Origin: an uncultured Planctomycetia bacterium
GTDB lineage: Bacteria; Omnitrophota; Gorgyraeia; 2-02-FULL-51-18; JAGOUK01
Direction of reading: 5' to 3'
Assembly (NCBI GenBank): GCA_964430735.1
Contig: CAYSFB010000004.1
Location: 168,040-232,039 of the forward strand
Length of the DNA: 64,000 nucleotides
The position numbers were made by a program, and so were the translations under genes. Under the pieces are notes generated by a model, which had not been told where the DNA came from, made no database searches, and saw only the letters and a list, made by a program, of their open reading frames with translations. This document shows, in pieces, positions 28,591-37,168 of the stretch (position 1 is the stretch's first letter; every line of letters begins with the position of its first letter).

Positions 28591-28597
28591 AGCCGCC

Positions 28598-29326
28598 ATG
28601 AGCCGCAACGCGATCGAAGTCGTCGACCTCGTCGTCCACTACGGAAAACACCAGGCGCTCAAGTCCGTTTCGCTGTCGGTTCCGGCTGGTGCGACCTTCG
28701 GCTTCATCGGCCCCAACGGCGCCGGCAAGAGCACCTTCATCAAGACGGTGCTCGGCCTCATCCCGCCGACCTCCGGCAAAGTCCTGTTGAACGGTCTGCC
28801 GCCCAAGGACCCCGCGTCCCGCGCCAAGCTCGGCTTTGTCCCGGAAGAAGCCAATTATTACCGTTACCTGACGCCCGAAGAGATCCTCCGGTTTTATGGC
28901 CGCATCTTCGGTCTCAACCGTTCGACCCTCGACACGCGCGTCACGGAGCTCCTCAAGCTCGTCGGCCTCGACGCGGTGCGGAAGAAGCGCGCGTCCACTT
29001 TTTCCAAAGGCATGATGCAGAAGATCAGTCTCGCGCAGGCGCTCATCAACGACCCGGACACGCTGATCCTGGACGAGCCGACGTCGGGTCTGGACCCGCT
29101 CGCCAAGCTCAACCTCCGCGAGATCCTCGTCCGGCTGCGCGGGCAGGGGAAGACGCTGTTTTTCTCGTCGCATGAGCTCTCCGAGGTCGCGCTCCTGTCC
29201 GACTCGGTCGCGATCCTGGTCGGCGGCAAAGTGCTTGTCAGCGGCCCGCGCAAAGAAGTGGTCGGCGACGGCGAGCGCAACCTCGAACGCCTCTTCATCC
29301 AGCTGGTGCAGGGGGAGGCCCGATGA
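28598..29326 (+). CDS. ABC transporter ATP-binding protein (NosF-like)
   Basis: Walker A GPNGAGKST, signature SKGMMQK, Walker B LILDEP. Confidence 0.85.
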   Translation: MSRNAIEVVDLVVHYGKHQALKSVSLSVPAGATFGFIGPNGAGKSTFIKTVLGLIPPTSGKVLLNGLPPKDPASRAKLGFVPEEANYYRYLTPEEILRFYGRIFGLNRSTLDTRVTELLKLVGLDAVRKKRASTFSKGMMQKISLAQALINDPDTLILDEPTSGLDPLAKLNLREILVRLRGQGKTLFFSSHELSEVALLSDSVAILVGGKVLVSGPRKEVVGDGERNLERLFIQLVQGEAR

Positions 29327-30096
29327 ACGCCGTTCTCGAGATCGCCAAACTCGTCGTCAAAGAAATCCTGCGCAAAAAGGACTTCTACGTCGCGTTCGTC
29401 CTCACCGCGGTGATCCTGTTCTACGCCGCGCAGCTGCGCTTCTACAACGTGGCCGACGCGTACCGGTACCTCATGGACATCGGTCTGGGCCTGAGCTTCC
29501 TGTTCGCGGTCCTGCTCACGGTCGCGCTCGCGGCGCGGCAGTTTCCGGGCGAGCTGCAGGCGCGCACGGTGCATGTGCTGTGGGCCAAGCCCGTGTCGCG
29601 CGGCCAATTCGTCCTCGGCAAATTTCTCGGCGCGTTCGCGGCGGGGCTGGTCTGCTTCACGCTGTTTTACGGCGCGCTCATCGCGCTCACGCTCACCAAA
29701 ACGACGGCGCTCTCCGCCGCTGCCGCGCTGCAGACGTATTATCTGTTCTCGCTCTGCCTCATGATGCTCACGGCGCTGGCCGGGATGATGTCGCACTTCG
29801 TTTCGACGCCGATCGCAGTGTCGCTCACGCTCTTTTTCTGGGGCGTCATCAGCTTGTACGGCTTTTATGCCCGCGAAGCGGCCAAGCATCTCACCGGTCC
29901 GGCGCGTTGGGCCGTCGAAGCGCTGTACAACCTTGCGCCGCACTTCGAATTCTTCGACATGCGCCAGCGCTTCATCCATTCGTCCGAGCCGATCGGCGCG
30001 GGCGTCGTCCTCTTCCTGACCGCGTATGCCGCGCTCTACAGCGCGCTCTACCTCTGGATCGGCTGGCTGCGCCTGCGGGAGCGGCCGATCTCGTGA
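29323..30096 (+). CDS. ABC-2 type permease (NosY/COG1277-like)
   Basis: Six TM segments and an ABC-2 permease-like sequence; ATGA overlap with the ATPase gene. Confidence 0.7.
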   Translation: MNAVLEIAKLVVKEILRKKDFYVAFVLTAVILFYAAQLRFYNVADAYRYLMDIGLGLSFLFAVLLTVALAARQFPGELQARTVHVLWAKPVSRGQFVLGKFLGAFAAGLVCFTLFYGALIALTLTKTTALSAAAALQTYYLFSLCLMMLTALAGMMSHFVSTPIAVSLTLFFWGVISLYGFYAREAAKHLTGPARWAVEALYNLAPHFEFFDMRQRFIHSSEPIGAGVVLFLTAYAALYSALYLWIGWLRLRERPIS

Positions 30097-30893
30097 TGCG
30101 CTACGCGCTGCCCCTCGCGGCGCTGGCCGCCCTCGGCTTCGCCGCCTCGCCGGCCGGAGCGTCGCTCGTCCTGCGCGAAGTTCCCGAAAAAGCCACGCTC
30201 AACAACCCGCTCTTCGAAGCGCTCGGAACCGCCAAGGGCGCGGTCGGCGACATGGTCTACCTGCGGGCGGACGAGTATTTTCATAAGGGGATGGAGCGCA
30301 ATTTGCTGGAGACGCATCAGCTGGCAGGCGAGAACCCGTCCGACCCGAATTTTCACGTCAAAATTCAGACGGACGACTGGGCGATGCGCGTCAACCGCCG
30401 GATCAAGGTCGTCGACCATCAGCATCTGGGTCAGAAAGACGCCAAAGAGATCCTGCCGCTCCTGTACGCGTCGACGGTACTGAACCCGGAGAACCTGGAT
30501 GCGGTGCTGACCGCGGCCTACTGGCTCGAAAAGTCCACCGGCAGCGTCGAACAGTCTCTCGAGGTGCTGACGCGCACCGCCGAAGCTCATCCCGGCGAAT
30601 GGAAGATCGCCTTCGCCGTCGGCCAACTCCTTGCCGATAAGAAAAAAGATCCTGCCGCCGCCATCCCGCACTTCGAGCGCGCGGTCGCGCACCTGACGCC
30701 CCACAACGCGCTGCCGTTTGATTGGATCCGCGTGCGGGTTGCCCTCGGCGACGCGCTCGCAGCGACGGGGGATTCGGTCCGCGCCGTCGCCGTCTACCGC
30801 GAGACGCTGCTCCTGGCCGAACAGCGCGAAAAATCCCAACTCCCGAACATCCTCCGGCAAAAAATCAAAAAACTCGAGCAGATTGGGCTATAA
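30096..30893 (+). CDS. Secreted helical/TPR-like protein, transporter-associated (hypothetical)
   Basis: ATG overlaps the permease TGA; signal peptide MRYALPLAALAALGFAASPAGA. Confidence 0.5.
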   Translation: MRYALPLAALAALGFAASPAGASLVLREVPEKATLNNPLFEALGTAKGAVGDMVYLRADEYFHKGMERNLLETHQLAGENPSDPNFHVKIQTDDWAMRVNRRIKVVDHQHLGQKDAKEILPLLYASTVLNPENLDAVLTAAYWLEKSTGSVEQSLEVLTRTAEAHPGEWKIAFAVGQLLADKKKDPAAAIPHFERAVAHLTPHNALPFDWIRVRVALGDALAATGDSVRAVAVYRETLLLAEQREKSQLPNILRQKIKKLEQIGL

Positions 30894-30926
30894 TAGCAGC
30901 CCGTCACTCTCGTCACGCCTTTTTAC

Positions 30927-31003
30927 GCGCCCGTAGCTCAATTGGATAGAGCGTCAGCCTCCGAAGCTGAAGGTTACCGGTTCGAACCCAGTCGGGCGCA
31001 CCA
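30927..31003 (+). tRNA. tRNA-Arg (anticodon CCG), CCA encoded
   Basis: Cloverleaf: acceptor GCGCCCG/CGGGCGC, anticodon loop CTCCGAA, T-loop TTCGAAC, one C-A mismatch in the T-stem, 3' CCA. Confidence 0.85.
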
Positions 31004-31019
31004 CTCTAAGCAAAGATCG

Positions 31020-32099
31020 ATGTCTAATAAAGGACCTACACCTCAGAACCTCTTTTTACTCGCCTGTCTCGCCGTCTTCCTTGCCGTCATCGGCGAGGTT
31101 TTGCTGCGATCTTTATTGCCCGATCAATCATCCTTGCTGCGACCACCTCTCTCCCGAACCGTTTTTCAAATAAGAGAAGGAACGATTGAGGGAGTGAGCG
31201 GCTCCAGCCGATTTGAGGCCAATTCCTTCGGGGTTCGGGGCCGTGAACCCGCAGCGGATGACAGGATCAAAATTTTGACTGTGGGAGGAAGCACTACCGA
31301 GTGTTTGTTTTTGGACCAGTCTGAAGCATGGCCGCAGTTGCTAGAACAGAATCTGCGGGCATCCGGATACCCTGTTTGGGTTGGAAGCGCAGCTCAAAGC
31401 GGGCGAACTCTAACATCCTGCTTGGCGGAGCTGCCGGCGCTGTTCAGGCGCGTTCCGAAGCCGAAGATCTGCATTTTTTTAAGCGGCGGCAATGATTTTT
31501 TAAGAGCATTGGTCCCGGCGAAGCCGCCCCGCCAAACGCTCGGATGGACGCGTCTGATTCAAAAGATCAAAGCCGGGTTTGTCAATGATTTGGACCAGGG
31601 GGTGGTGGTTGTGCCGGCCCGCTTTGCGGGTCGCTACAATGACCTCCGCTTGCTGAGAGCGCGGCACAAACCGTTTCGTACGGACCTGCCGGATCTCTCC
31701 TCTGCTTTGGCTGTTTATCAGGAGAATATTCTGCTCACGGCAGACTTGTGTCGCAGAAAGGGTATCCGGCCCGTTTTTCTCACTCAGCCCGTGTTATGGC
31801 AAGGCGGGGAGAATCATAAGCATGAGCGGTTGTTGTGGATGAATATGGCATCGAATGACAATCGGGTCTTCTACTCGGAAGCCGCCTTGGAGCGGGGGAT
31901 CCGTATGTTTAATGAAGCGCTTATGGAAGTCTGCGACACCTATTCTCTGGATTGTATGGACCTAAGCGCGGTTCTGCCCAAAACAACCGCCGTGTTTTAT
32001 GACGACATGCACTTTAATGAGTCCGGAGCGGCGCTGACCGCTGGCCGGATCGCCGAATTATTAATTTTGAATGATCTTATCGGCCTGGAGCAACGGTAA
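31020..32099 (+). CDS. SGNH/GDSL-type hydrolase family protein, N-terminal TM anchor
   Basis: GGSTTE and GGNDF blocks. GC content visibly lower than the neighbouring genes. Confidence 0.6.
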   Translation: MSNKGPTPQNLFLLACLAVFLAVIGEVLLRSLLPDQSSLLRPPLSRTVFQIREGTIEGVSGSSRFEANSFGVRGREPAADDRIKILTVGGSTTECLFLDQSEAWPQLLEQNLRASGYPVWVGSAAQSGRTLTSCLAELPALFRRVPKPKICIFLSGGNDFLRALVPAKPPRQTLGWTRLIQKIKAGFVNDLDQGVVVVPARFAGRYNDLRLLRARHKPFRTDLPDLSSALAVYQENILLTADLCRRKGIRPVFLTQPVLWQGGENHKHERLLWMNMASNDNRVFYSEAALERGIRMFNEALMEVCDTYSLDCMDLSAVLPKTTAVFYDDMHFNESGAALTAGRIAELLILNDLIGLEQR

Positions 32100-32655
32100 A
32101 GACGGCGTAGAGGGCTGCGGCGGCGAAGAGGAAGAAAAGCGCGGCGGCGGCGTAGCGGATCCATTTCATGGCGGGGTGGCCGGCGAGTTTTTCGCCCAGG
32201 AAGACGGCGAGGCCGTCGGTGGCGAGCATGCCGAGCGTCGTTCCGACCGTGACCATGACCGCCGACTGGAAACGCGCGCCCAGGGCGACGGTGGCCAGCT
32301 GGGTTTTGTCGCCCATTTCGGCGAGGAAAAAGAGAACGGTGGTGGTCAGGAAGGGGCCGAAGCGGTGTTTTTTATCCGCATCGTCCAGCGAATCGGGGAA
32401 GAGGGTCCAGATCCCGAAGCCGACGAAGGACGCCGCCAGCACATAGGCCAGGATATCCGGCCGGACAACCCCGGACACCCATTCGCCGGCCCAGGACGCC
32501 AGCGCGTGGTTCAAGAGGGTGGCCGCAAGGATGCCGCCCATGACGGGCCAGGGCTTTTTGAACTTCGCGGCCAGGGCAAAGGCGAGCAGCTGGGTCTTGT
32601 CACCCATCTCGCTGACGGCGACGAGTAAAAAAGAGCTTAAAACGGCCTCAAACAT
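32077..32655 (-). CDS. UPF0016/GDT1/TMEM165 family cation (Ca2+/Mn2+) transporter
   Basis: Two E-x-G-D-K-T motifs (SEMGDKTQL, AEMGDKTQL); convergent 23-nt overlap with the SGNH gene. Confidence 0.8.
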   Translation of the reverse strand: MFEAVLSSFLLVAVSEMGDKTQLLAFALAAKFKKPWPVMGGILAATLLNHALASWAGEWVSGVVRPDILAYVLAASFVGFGIWTLFPDSLDDADKKHRFGPFLTTTVLFFLAEMGDKTQLATVALGARFQSAVMVTVGTTLGMLATDGLAVFLGEKLAGHPAMKWIRYAAAALFFLFAAAALYAVFTVAPGR

Positions 32656-32846
32656 GGCAAAACCTTTATTTTTTAATAAATTGCGTCCGAAGAGCGGTTC
32701 TGGGCTATAATACCACCTGTAAAGTTGAGTTGGTTAGCGGCGTTGCCTCTCTCACTCAATTTTTACAAACCGTTCCGGCGCGTCGATGTGACCTCCGGAG
32801 CGGGACAACGGATCGGTTCGGGATCAACGACAAGGAAAAAGTGAAC

Positions 32847-33140
32847 ATGAAGCTGTACGCAGGTAATCTCTCCTATGATATGAACGACGACTCTCTCCGC
32901 CAGACCTTTGCCGCTTGTGGCAAGGTCGACACCGCGCAGGTCGTCAAAGACATGCAGACCGGCCGCTCCAAGGGTTTCGGGTTCGTCGAAATGCCGAACG
33001 CCCAGGAAGCTCAGGCCGCGATCGCCAAACTTAACGGCGCTGACGTCATGGGCCGCAAGCTCAACGTCAACGAAGCGCGCCCCAAGACCGACAGCCCCCG
33101 TGGCGGCGGTTCCTTCGGCGGCGGCGGACGTTCCTGGTAG
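32847..33140 (+). CDS. RRM-type RNA-binding protein with a Gly-rich (RGG) tail
   Basis: RNP2 LYAGNL and RNP1 KGFGFVEM, with GGGSFGGGGRSW at the C-terminus. Confidence 0.85.
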   Translation: MKLYAGNLSYDMNDDSLRQTFAACGKVDTAQVVKDMQTGRSKGFGFVEMPNAQEAQAAIAKLNGADVMGRKLNVNEARPKTDSPRGGGSFGGGGRSW

Positions 33141-33197
33141 TCTGACCCCAAAAAATCGAACCCCTTCGCGCGCAAGCGCGGAGGGGACTCGGCTTGA

Positions 33198-33226
33198 AAG
33201 CCGCCCTTCGGGGCGGCTTTTTTGTT
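33198..33226 (+). terminator. Rho-independent terminator (AAGCCGCCC-TTCG-GGGCGGCTT followed by TTTTTT)
   Basis: Perfect hairpin plus U-tract read directly. Confidence 0.75.
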
Positions 33227-33253
33227 TAACCCTGACTTTATTTCGTCCGGCCA

Positions 33254-33281
33254 TTGAAACAGATCTTTCTATCATTACAAT
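33254..33281 (+). promoter_or_regulatory. sigma70-like promoter TTGAAA-16-TACAAT inside a 200-bp AT-rich intergenic region
   Basis: Read directly. Lies ~150 nt upstream of the REC-PAS-GGDEF-EAL gene. Confidence 0.45.
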
Positions 33282-33430
33282 TGGTTAGGATGCTCTGTTT
33301 TAAGTTTTTTCAACAAGTGACTTGTAAACCCTGGTAAGGAGTAGTAGACTATTATTAGAAGATTACAGAATCGTTAACTAATGACTATTCTGTTTGAACG
33401 AGCCAGCGTCGCCGGAAGTACGGAGGGACG

Positions 33431-36289
33431 ATGATTCAGTTGGGTCCGGATTTGCTCCATTTGCTTGTCATCGAAGAGCGCTCCTCCTATCTCCCCACCC
33501 TTAAGAAAAAGTTATCTTCCCTCAAGCATCCGCACTATCAGGTTTCGCATGTACACAGCTACGAAGCGGCGTTGGAGTTTTTGATCCGCCACACGCCGGA
33601 CATCATACTGGCCGACAGTCGGCTCAGCGGCCACGGAGCCATCGAGACATTCCTCAATATCTGCCAAAAAGAAGCTTCCATCCCGCTCATCGTTCTGACC
33701 GACGAAGCCGACCGCGGCCGGGCGGAACAGCTTTTTAAATCAGCGGCCGAGGACTTTTTAATGGAATCGGATCTGGTTGGTCCGATCGGCGACCGCATCC
33801 AGCAGATCATCCGTCGGCACCAGGACGTTTTTTCCGTCCAGCAGAGCGACCGCCGGTTCCGGGACCTCGCGGATTCCGCCCCGGTGATGATCTGGGAGAC
33901 CAACGGCTTCGGCGAAAGCGTTTTTTTCAACAAGACTTGGCTCGATTTCCGCGGACGTGACTTCGATGCGGAACGGCATATCCGGCGCTGCGACGAAATC
34001 CATCCGGATGACGTCGAGCGGTATCAGTCGATCACGGATTCGGCGATGCAGACGCGTCAGCCGTTCCGGATCGAGTACCGGATCAAATGCCGGGACGGCA
34101 GTTACCGGTGGATTCTCGACACCGGCTCGCCCATGAATGACGCGCACGCGAAATTCCAGGGATTCGTGGGGTCCGCGATCGATATCACCGAGCGGCGGAA
34201 GACGGAGGCTGAGAGCGACGAGTGGCGCCGGCGGTACCAGGCCGCCGTGGAAGCCAGCCGGCAACTCCTCCTCGACTGGAACCCCGAAACCCAGGAAGTG
34301 AAGTACGGCGGCAACCTCGACCAGATTCTGGGATTCTCGCCGGCGGACCTGGGTTCGCAGATGTCCCGATGGCTGGACCGCATCCACGCCGAAGATCAGG
34401 ATTCCTTTTATCAAATGATGCGCCGCGTCCGTACGACCGAACAGCCGGTTCGGATGGAATACCGCATCCAGCGCCGCGACGGCGAATGGATCACGGTTGA
34501 ACATGAAGCGCAGGTGATTCATTCGCCGGAAGGCCGCGTCTCGGGCATTGTCGGATTCGTGAGTGACATATCCACCAAGAAACAGACGATGCAGGAACTG
34601 AGGGCGCGCGAACGCCGCTACCGGACGCTCGTCGCCAACATTCCCGGCGCCGTTTACCGGTACCAGTACCGGCAGGACCAGGGCTGGACGGTCGACTATA
34701 TTTCGAAGCAGATTCACAAGATCTGCGGTTTTCCGCGCTCTTATTTCTTAAACGGAGACCTGGAGGCCTTTACCCGCATGGTGCTGCACGACGACCGGGG
34801 CGTGCGCGAAAAAGCGCTGGCCGACGCCACCCAGTCGCGCGGACCCTTCTTTGTCACGTACCGGATCCGCCACAACGACGGTCAGCTGCGCTGGATCCAG
34901 GAACAGGGGCGGGTCATTGCCGACGAGGCGACGGGAACGCTCTGGCTAGACGGGCTCATCTTCGATATTTCGGATCAGGCGAAGGCGGAGGAGCGCCTCA
35001 ACTTCCTCTCGCACCACGACCTGCTGACCGGCCTTCCCAACCGCACGCTCTTCCTCGACCGTCTTGGGCAGGCGATCATCGCCGCCAACCACGACCGCGA
35101 CATGCTCGGCGTATTTTTCCTGGATCTGGACCACTTCAAGCGCATCAACGACACGCTCGGACACGCCGTCGGCGACAAGCTCATTCAAATGTCCGCGGGA
35201 CGCCTCAAGCATATCCTCTACGAAACGGACACCGTGACCCGCCTCGGCGGCGACGAGTTCGCGATTCTCGTGCCCAATCTTTCCAAACCGGCGCAGACGC
35301 TCAAGATCGCGGACAAGATTTTTAACGCGTTCAAGACACCGTTCTTCATCGACGGACATGAACTGTTCATGTCCGTCAGTCTCGGCATCAGCGTGTACCC
35401 CAACGACGGCTATGACGCCGATTCACTCATGAAGAACGCCGACACCGCGATGAACCGCGCCAAGGAACAGGGCCGGGGGAATTATCAGCTGTACTCGCCG
35501 CAGATGAACGACAAGGCGCTCCTGCGCCTCAAGCTCGAAAGCCGCTTGCGGCGTGCCGTCGAACGCGACGAATTCCGTCTGCACTATCAGCCCCAGATCG
35601 ACTTCCAGACCGGCAAGATTACCGGCATGGAAGCGCTGCTCCGCTGGCATCACCCTGAATTCGGCCTCGTCTCCCCGGCGGAATTCGTTCCGCTGGCCGA
35701 AGAATCCGGCCTCATCGTTCCGATCGGTGCGTGGGTGCTCGAGACCGCGTGCAAACAGATCAAGGAATGGCAGATGATGGGCTTTACCGCGCTGCGGATG
35801 GCAGTTAATCTTTCCTCACGTCAGCTGCGCCGCCCCGACCTCGCGGCGACAATCTCATCGATCGTGCGAAATGTGGGTGTCGATCCGGCGCTGGTTGAAC
35901 TCGAACTCACCGAAGGCACGCTGATGGACGACATCGAAGAAACGACTTCGGCCCTGGCCAAGCTTCGCGATCAGGGTCTGCGCATCGCAATCGACGACTT
36001 CGGCACCGGCTACTCGTCGCTCAGCACGCTCAAACGCTTCCCTTTAAGCACGCTCAAAATCGACCGCTCCTTCGTCACGGAGATTCCGCGCGACACCGAG
36101 AACAACGCGATCGCCGAAGCCATCATCTCGATGGGCCATAGCTTGAGTCTTGAAGTCGTCGCCGAAGGCGTCGAGAACGAGCAGCAATTTGAATTCTTAA
36201 AAAATCATGCCTGCGACCGCATGCAGGGCTTCCTCTTCAGCCGCGCGATTCCTGCTACTGCCTTCACGGAGCTTCTTAAAGCTAAATAG
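33431..36289 (+). CDS. Response-regulator receiver, multi-PAS/PAC, GGDEF and EAL protein (c-di-GMP turnover)
   Basis: REC-like N-terminus, PAS blocks, RLGGDEF and EALLRW motifs; SD GGAGGG. Confidence 0.85.
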   Translation: MIQLGPDLLHLLVIEERSSYLPTLKKKLSSLKHPHYQVSHVHSYEAALEFLIRHTPDIILADSRLSGHGAIETFLNICQKEASIPLIVLTDEADRGRAEQLFKSAAEDFLMESDLVGPIGDRIQQIIRRHQDVFSVQQSDRRFRDLADSAPVMIWETNGFGESVFFNKTWLDFRGRDFDAERHIRRCDEIHPDDVERYQSITDSAMQTRQPFRIEYRIKCRDGSYRWILDTGSPMNDAHAKFQGFVGSAIDITERRKTEAESDEWRRRYQAAVEASRQLLLDWNPETQEVKYGGNLDQILGFSPADLGSQMSRWLDRIHAEDQDSFYQMMRRVRTTEQPVRMEYRIQRRDGEWITVEHEAQVIHSPEGRVSGIVGFVSDISTKKQTMQELRARERRYRTLVANIPGAVYRYQYRQDQGWTVDYISKQIHKICGFPRSYFLNGDLEAFTRMVLHDDRGVREKALADATQSRGPFFVTYRIRHNDGQLRWIQEQGRVIADEATGTLWLDGLIFDISDQAKAEERLNFLSHHDLLTGLPNRTLFLDRLGQAIIAANHDRDMLGVFFLDLDHFKRINDTLGHAVGDKLIQMSAGRLKHILYETDTVTRLGGDEFAILVPNLSKPAQTLKIADKIFNAFKTPFFIDGHELFMSVSLGISVYPNDGYDADSLMKNADTAMNRAKEQGRGNYQLYSPQMNDKALLRLKLESRLRRAVERDEFRLHYQPQIDFQTGKITGMEALLRWHHPEFGLVSPAEFVPLAEESGLIVPIGAWVLETACKQIKEWQMMGFTALRMAVNLSSRQLRRPDLAATISSIVRNVGVDPALVELELTEGTLMDDIEETTSALAKLRDQGLRIAIDDFGTGYSSLSTLKRFPLSTLKIDRSFVTEIPRDTENNAIAEAIISMGHSLSLEVVAEGVENEQQFEFLKNHACDRMQGFLFSRAIPATAFTELLKAK

Positions 36290-36427
36290 TTCGTCCCAGC
36301 TCCTCTCCTTTTTTTTGCCCGTCGTGTAAAGCGATAGAAAAAATCTTGAAATAGTTTGAATAAATCCGCCCTCCTTGTCCGTCTATAGGGGTAGAGACCT
36401 GAACTCACCCATAAAGGAGGAATCATC

Positions 36428-36709
36428 ATGGGCAATGTCAAAGAGTGCGAGATCGTTTCTGTCCGCAGACTCGAGGGTGCCGGCAATCTCAAAGCGTTTG
36501 TCGACATCCGTGTCGGCGGAGCGCTGGTGATCACCCAGTGCGCGGTGATGGACGGCAAGCGCGGTCTGTTCGCGTCGTTGCCGCGCCAGCTGGCGCGCGA
36601 CGGTCGGTGGCGGGATGTTGTGATCGCCGCGGACGACGATCTGCGCGCGCATTATCAGGCCGAAATTCTTCGGGCGTACGAAGAAGAAGCCGCGGCGCTC
36701 GCCAACTAA
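36428..36709 (+). CDS. spoVG: SpoVG family protein
   Basis: VDIRVGGALVITQCAVMDGKRGLFASLP matches the SpoVG core; strong SD AAAGGAGG. Confidence 0.8.
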   Translation: MGNVKECEIVSVRRLEGAGNLKAFVDIRVGGALVITQCAVMDGKRGLFASLPRQLARDGRWRDVVIAADDDLRAHYQAEILRAYEEEAAALAN

Positions 36710-36718
36710 ACAACCCTA

Positions 36719-36752
36719 CCGGACCGCGTCCCGTGGCCGGGATGCGGTCCGG
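36719..36752 (+). other. GC-rich 15-bp-stem hairpin (CCGGACCGCGTCCCG-TGGC-CGGGATGCGGTCCGG) without a U-tract, between spoVG and yraN
   Basis: Read directly; 14 of 15 positions pair (one G-T). Confidence 0.5.
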
Positions 36753-36769
36753 TCCTCATCGGAGCTCAT

Positions 36770-37168
36770 ATGAAGGCGTATTCACCCCCTAAAGGGAATG
36801 CCCGGATCCTGCTGGGCCATCTCGGAGAAATTCTGGCGGTCGAACGGTTGCGGAAAGAAGGGTATGTGATTCTGGAGCGGAATTACCGTTGTCCCGCCGG
36901 CGAGATCGACTTGATCGCGAGGGAAGAAGACGTGCTGGTGTTCGTGGAGGTACGCACCCGCAGCAGCGACGCGTTCGGCAGCCCGCTGGAGAGTGTGGAT
37001 TTTTTCAAACAGCGAAAACTACGGGAGGTGGCCCGGGTGTATCTGCGGGAGCGCCGGCCGCTGTACCAGGACGTACGATTCGACGTGGTTGGTGTCGTTC
37101 TCAGGGAAGGTGAAGAGGCGCAGGTTGAGATTGTGCCGCACGCGTTTTATCAGGGGCAGTTCCGATGA
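36770..37168 (+). CDS. yraN: YraN family (UPF0102) endonuclease-like protein
   Basis: Typical YraN N-terminal region AERLRKEGYVILERNYR and EIDLIA. Confidence 0.8.
   Translation: MKAYSPPKGNARILLGHLGEILAVERLRKEGYVILERNYRCPAGEIDLIAREEDVLVFVEVRTRSSDAFGSPLESVDFFKQRKLREVARVYLRERRPLYQDVRFDVVGVVLREGEEAQVEIVPHAFYQGQFR

Noticed and set aside
30889-30894. TATAAT hexamer overlapping the TPR-lipoprotein stop codon, a possible tRNA-Arg(CCG) promoter
   Set aside because: No recognisable -35 element at 16-18 nt spacing. It could equally be coincidental, and the tRNA may be co-transcribed with the upstream operon.
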